A stretch of DNA of 43,648 bases from a virus, in IMG/VR virus record IMGVR_UViG_3300038701_000611, positions 1-43,648 of that record; one strand, 5' to 3'. The position numbers and the translations under genes were made by a program. Each line of letters opens with the position of its first letter. The first letter of the stretch is position 1. Positions 42,025 to 43,648 of the stretch are shown piece after piece. The notes beneath the pieces are model-generated. The model was not told the DNA's origin and did no database searches. It was given only the letters and a program-made list of their open reading frames with translations.

Positions 42025-42384
42025 TGCTGCAGTTGCAGGAACCGCGAGGCGCTGGCCCCCCGGCATCAGGAAAAACTCAGGATTGAAAGGCCCCCACGCT
42101 TCGGCCTTGTCGCCACCCAAGCGGCCCCGCTGGCCATCCCATGCGGCTATGCAGTCCTGCTCGAGCGCTTCGGACATCAGGCGTAGGTTTGAGGCGCATA
42201 CGGTGCGGCCTATGGTTAGAACCGCGGTAGGCTCAGAGGCGCTTGTGTGCAGCTCAAAACCTGTAACAGCATCGAGATACCCGAAGCGGCGAAGGGTTGC
42301 GTGGAGTTCGCTTAAAGTGATCGGGCGGAAAGGCTTGGAAGCGTGTTCGGATGCCTTAAGGCCGATGTTGAGGATGGTTGCCAT
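42022..42384 (-). CDS. Hypothetical early protein
   Basis: The ATG at 42384 lies 9 nt after AAAGGA (in the context CCACACACACACAAAAGGATC). The product is 120 aa (MATILNIGLKASEH...). No family was recognised. Confidence 0.55.
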   Translation of the reverse strand: MATILNIGLKASEHASKPFRPITLSELHATLRRFGYLDAVTGFELHTSASEPTAVLTIGRTVCASNLRLMSEALEQDCIAAWDGQRGRLGGDKAEAWGPFNPEFFLMPGGQRLAVPATAA

Positions 42385-42421
42385 GGTCGGTGATCCTTTT
42401 GTGTGTGTGTGGTAGCAGTGA

Positions 42422-42437
42422 ATGCCTAGTGGCATGT
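42422..42437. promoter_or_regulatory. 16-bp palindromic site (ATGCCTaGTGGCATGT), copy 1
   Basis: It contains the inverted repeat ATGCC-N4-GGCAT. Fifteen of its 16 positions are identical to 42966-42981. GTAAAC (minus strand GTTTAC) lies nearby. It sits between the first and second early genes. Confidence 0.45.
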
Positions 42438-42456
42438 TTTCAGGTAAACGGAAGGC

Positions 42457-42651
42457 CTAGCGGCGGTTGCGGCAGGCCTTTTCGCGCTTTGCTTGGCGTG
42501 CTGCGTCGCGAGCCTCGCGCATCCTGTCGAAGTGATACTCAGCTAAGATGCCGTGGCGATCCCCCTTCAGGGTGTAGAGGTGGCGAGCGTGGCGTACGGT
42601 GTGAAACTCGCACATAGCGTAGTGGTAGGCGGCGCGGATTGCGTGAAACAT
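42457..42651 (-). CDS. First early protein, His/Arg-rich and basic
   Basis: 64-aa ORF preceded by (CA)9-AGGGGAACACA-ATG. No family was recognised. Confidence 0.5.
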   Translation of the reverse strand: MFHAIRAAYHYAMCEFHTVRHARHLYTLKGDRHGILAEYHFDRMREARDAARQAKREKACRNRR

Positions 42652-42965
42652 TGTGTTCCCCTTGTGTGTGTGTGTGTGTGTTTCGACCCCTCTAGGTCTC
42701 TTCAGGCGGGTTACTACCCCCGCGACACGTCTCCCCTAGATCAACAGCCATGGTCCGCATTCAAGCGCTGGCCTCCCATTCACCGCCCGATCTGCCCATG
42801 TTTCCTAACCGTGCAAGGCCTAGAGCCTTGTCTCACAGTGTCTGGGTATCGCCGAACGATGCGCCACCTATTCCAGCGGGCGTTTCCTGCCCTTGCGCCT
42901 CAGGCGCTGTAGCGTGGCCGGTGGGAGCCCCGCGCTGCATCGCTGCAGTGACACTCTTAGAACAT

Positions 42966-42981
42966 ATGCCTCGTGGCATGT
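42966..42981. promoter_or_regulatory. 16-bp palindromic site (ATGCCTcGTGGCATGT), copy 2, in the AT-rich early promoter island
   Basis: It carries the same inverted repeat as 42422-42437. On the minus strand it directly follows TTTACA, a -35-like hexamer. Confidence 0.45.
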
Positions 42982-43116
42982 AAACCGGGAAAATGCATTT
43001 TATGCGAAAAAATATAAGCAAGCGGCTCTAACCGCCTGTTATACTTGAAAATTCTCATGCAGAAAAAAATTCACCGGGCAGCCTTTGGAGGGCCTTTTGA
43101 TGCCTTCGGGCATGGT

Positions 43117-43206
43117 CTCAAGGCACCTCAAGGCACCTCAAGGCACCTCAAGGCACCTCAAGGCACCTCAAGGCACCTCAAGGCACCTCAAGGTGCCTCA
43201 AGCCAG
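43117..43206. repeat. 10-bp tandem array: seven perfect and two degenerate units of CTCAAGGCAC
   Basis: Perfect units start at 43117, 43127, 43137, 43147, 43157, 43167 and 43177. They are followed by CTCAAGGTGC and CTCAAGCCAG. The last junction forms the inverted repeat AGGCACCT-ca-AGGTGCCT. Confidence 0.9.
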
Positions 43207-43227
43207 CCTATGGCCGGTGTGCGTCGG

Positions 43228-43315
43228 TAGGCTGTGGGTGTGCTGTGGGTGTGCTGTGGGTGTGCTGTGGGTAGGCTGTGGGTAGGCTGTGAGTGCGCCG
43301 CGGGTAGGCTGTGGG
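43228..43315. repeat. 11-bp tandem array: eight units of T(A/G)(G/T)GCTGTGGG
   Basis: Units start at 43228, 43239, 43250, 43261, 43272, 43283, 43294 and 43305. Two of them are degenerate (TAGGCTGTGAG and TGCGCCGCGGG). Confidence 0.9.
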
Positions 43316-43521
43316 TCATCGGAAGGAAGCGGGCACGCGCGTGCTGTATATGGGGCAGGGTCGAATGCATTGGTGAACTGAGGGGAACAATGGGTGAACT
43401 TAGGGGGCTTTTGTTTCCTGTCAGGACACAACCAAAAACACAGTAGATCGATCCCGCTCGGCCATGGCATCCGAGCCAAGCCGGTGACCTTCAGCCCCTC
43501 AAGGCAACATACAGCCCCCAA

Positions 43522-43648
43522 TGGGATATGATATCCCCTGCAGACCTAATGATTTCAACAGGTTAGTGCCCGCCGTGACGCCGTTGGTGACGCGAGGGTG
43601 CCGAGGGACCCCCCAAGGGGGGAAGCCGGATCGCGGCGCTTATCATAA
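43522..43648. repeat. Direct terminal repeat, left-end copy in T7 orientation
   Basis: Identical to bases 1-127 by direct reading. Confidence 0.8.

Noticed and set aside
42833-43021. 62-aa minus-strand ORF in the early leader
   Set aside because: It has a TTG start inside the AT-rich promoter island and no RBS. Its composition is odd (MLIFFRIKCIFPVYM, then Ala/Gly/Pro-rich sequence). It is more likely untranslated leader.
43117-43315. Possible CRISPR array
   Set aside because: The units are 10-11 bp and directly abutting, with no spacers, and no cas genes are present. These are simple tandem repeats.
43045-43521. ORFs on both strands across the left-end region (43045-43230, 43085-43285, 43188-43370, 43198-43521 and 43234-43446)
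   Set aside because: Their translations are simply read-through of the 10-bp and 11-bp tandem arrays, giving repetitive peptides such as SRHLKAPQGT. They have no RBS and lie in the non-coding end region.

Overview
The window appears to be a complete, visibly GC-rich linear genome of a T7-like podovirus (Autographiviridae-type). It carries a single-subunit RNA polymerase, a gp4-like primase-helicase, a family A DNA polymerase, and a block resembling T7 gp8 to gp19 in gene order. It is written as the reverse complement of the usual T7 map. Every credible gene is on the minus strand, and expression runs from about 43.1 kb down to 0.44 kb. Bases 1-127 are identical to 43522-43648, consistent with a direct terminal repeat.

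Gene order, read right to left:
- left-end tandem arrays and an AT-rich promoter island
- about 12 small early genes
- a MarR-like regulator and a tyrosine integrase
- tRNA-Leu(CAA)
- the RNA polymerase
- DNA metabolism genes: SSB, endonuclease I, amidase, primase-helicase, split DNA polymerase, ThyX-like protein, exonuclease and dNMP kinase
- portal, scaffold, a holin-like protein, a second tRNA and the capsid
- tail tube, internal virion proteins and two fibre genes
- holin-like protein, terS and terL

Most notable observations:
1. A lysogeny-type module (MarR-like gene, int, full-length tRNA-Leu) sits directly upstream of the RNA polymerase gene. It is flanked by eight copies of the heptamer GTGACGC.
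2. The DNA polymerase gene is interrupted inside motif B by a 697-nt element encoding an HNH/Endo VII nuclease. The element has the hallmarks of a group I intron.
3. Three copies of a roughly 90-nt double-hairpin element lie between early genes.
4. (CA)n leaders lie just upstream of the ribosome-binding sites of early genes.
5. A conserved 20-bp motif, found three times, is a candidate phage RNA polymerase promoter.
6. An early protein resembles an HhH-GPD DNA glycosylase.
7. A second tRNA with a non-canonical anticodon loop lies between the scaffold and capsid genes.

All calls come from reading the sequence and recalling protein families. No database search was run.
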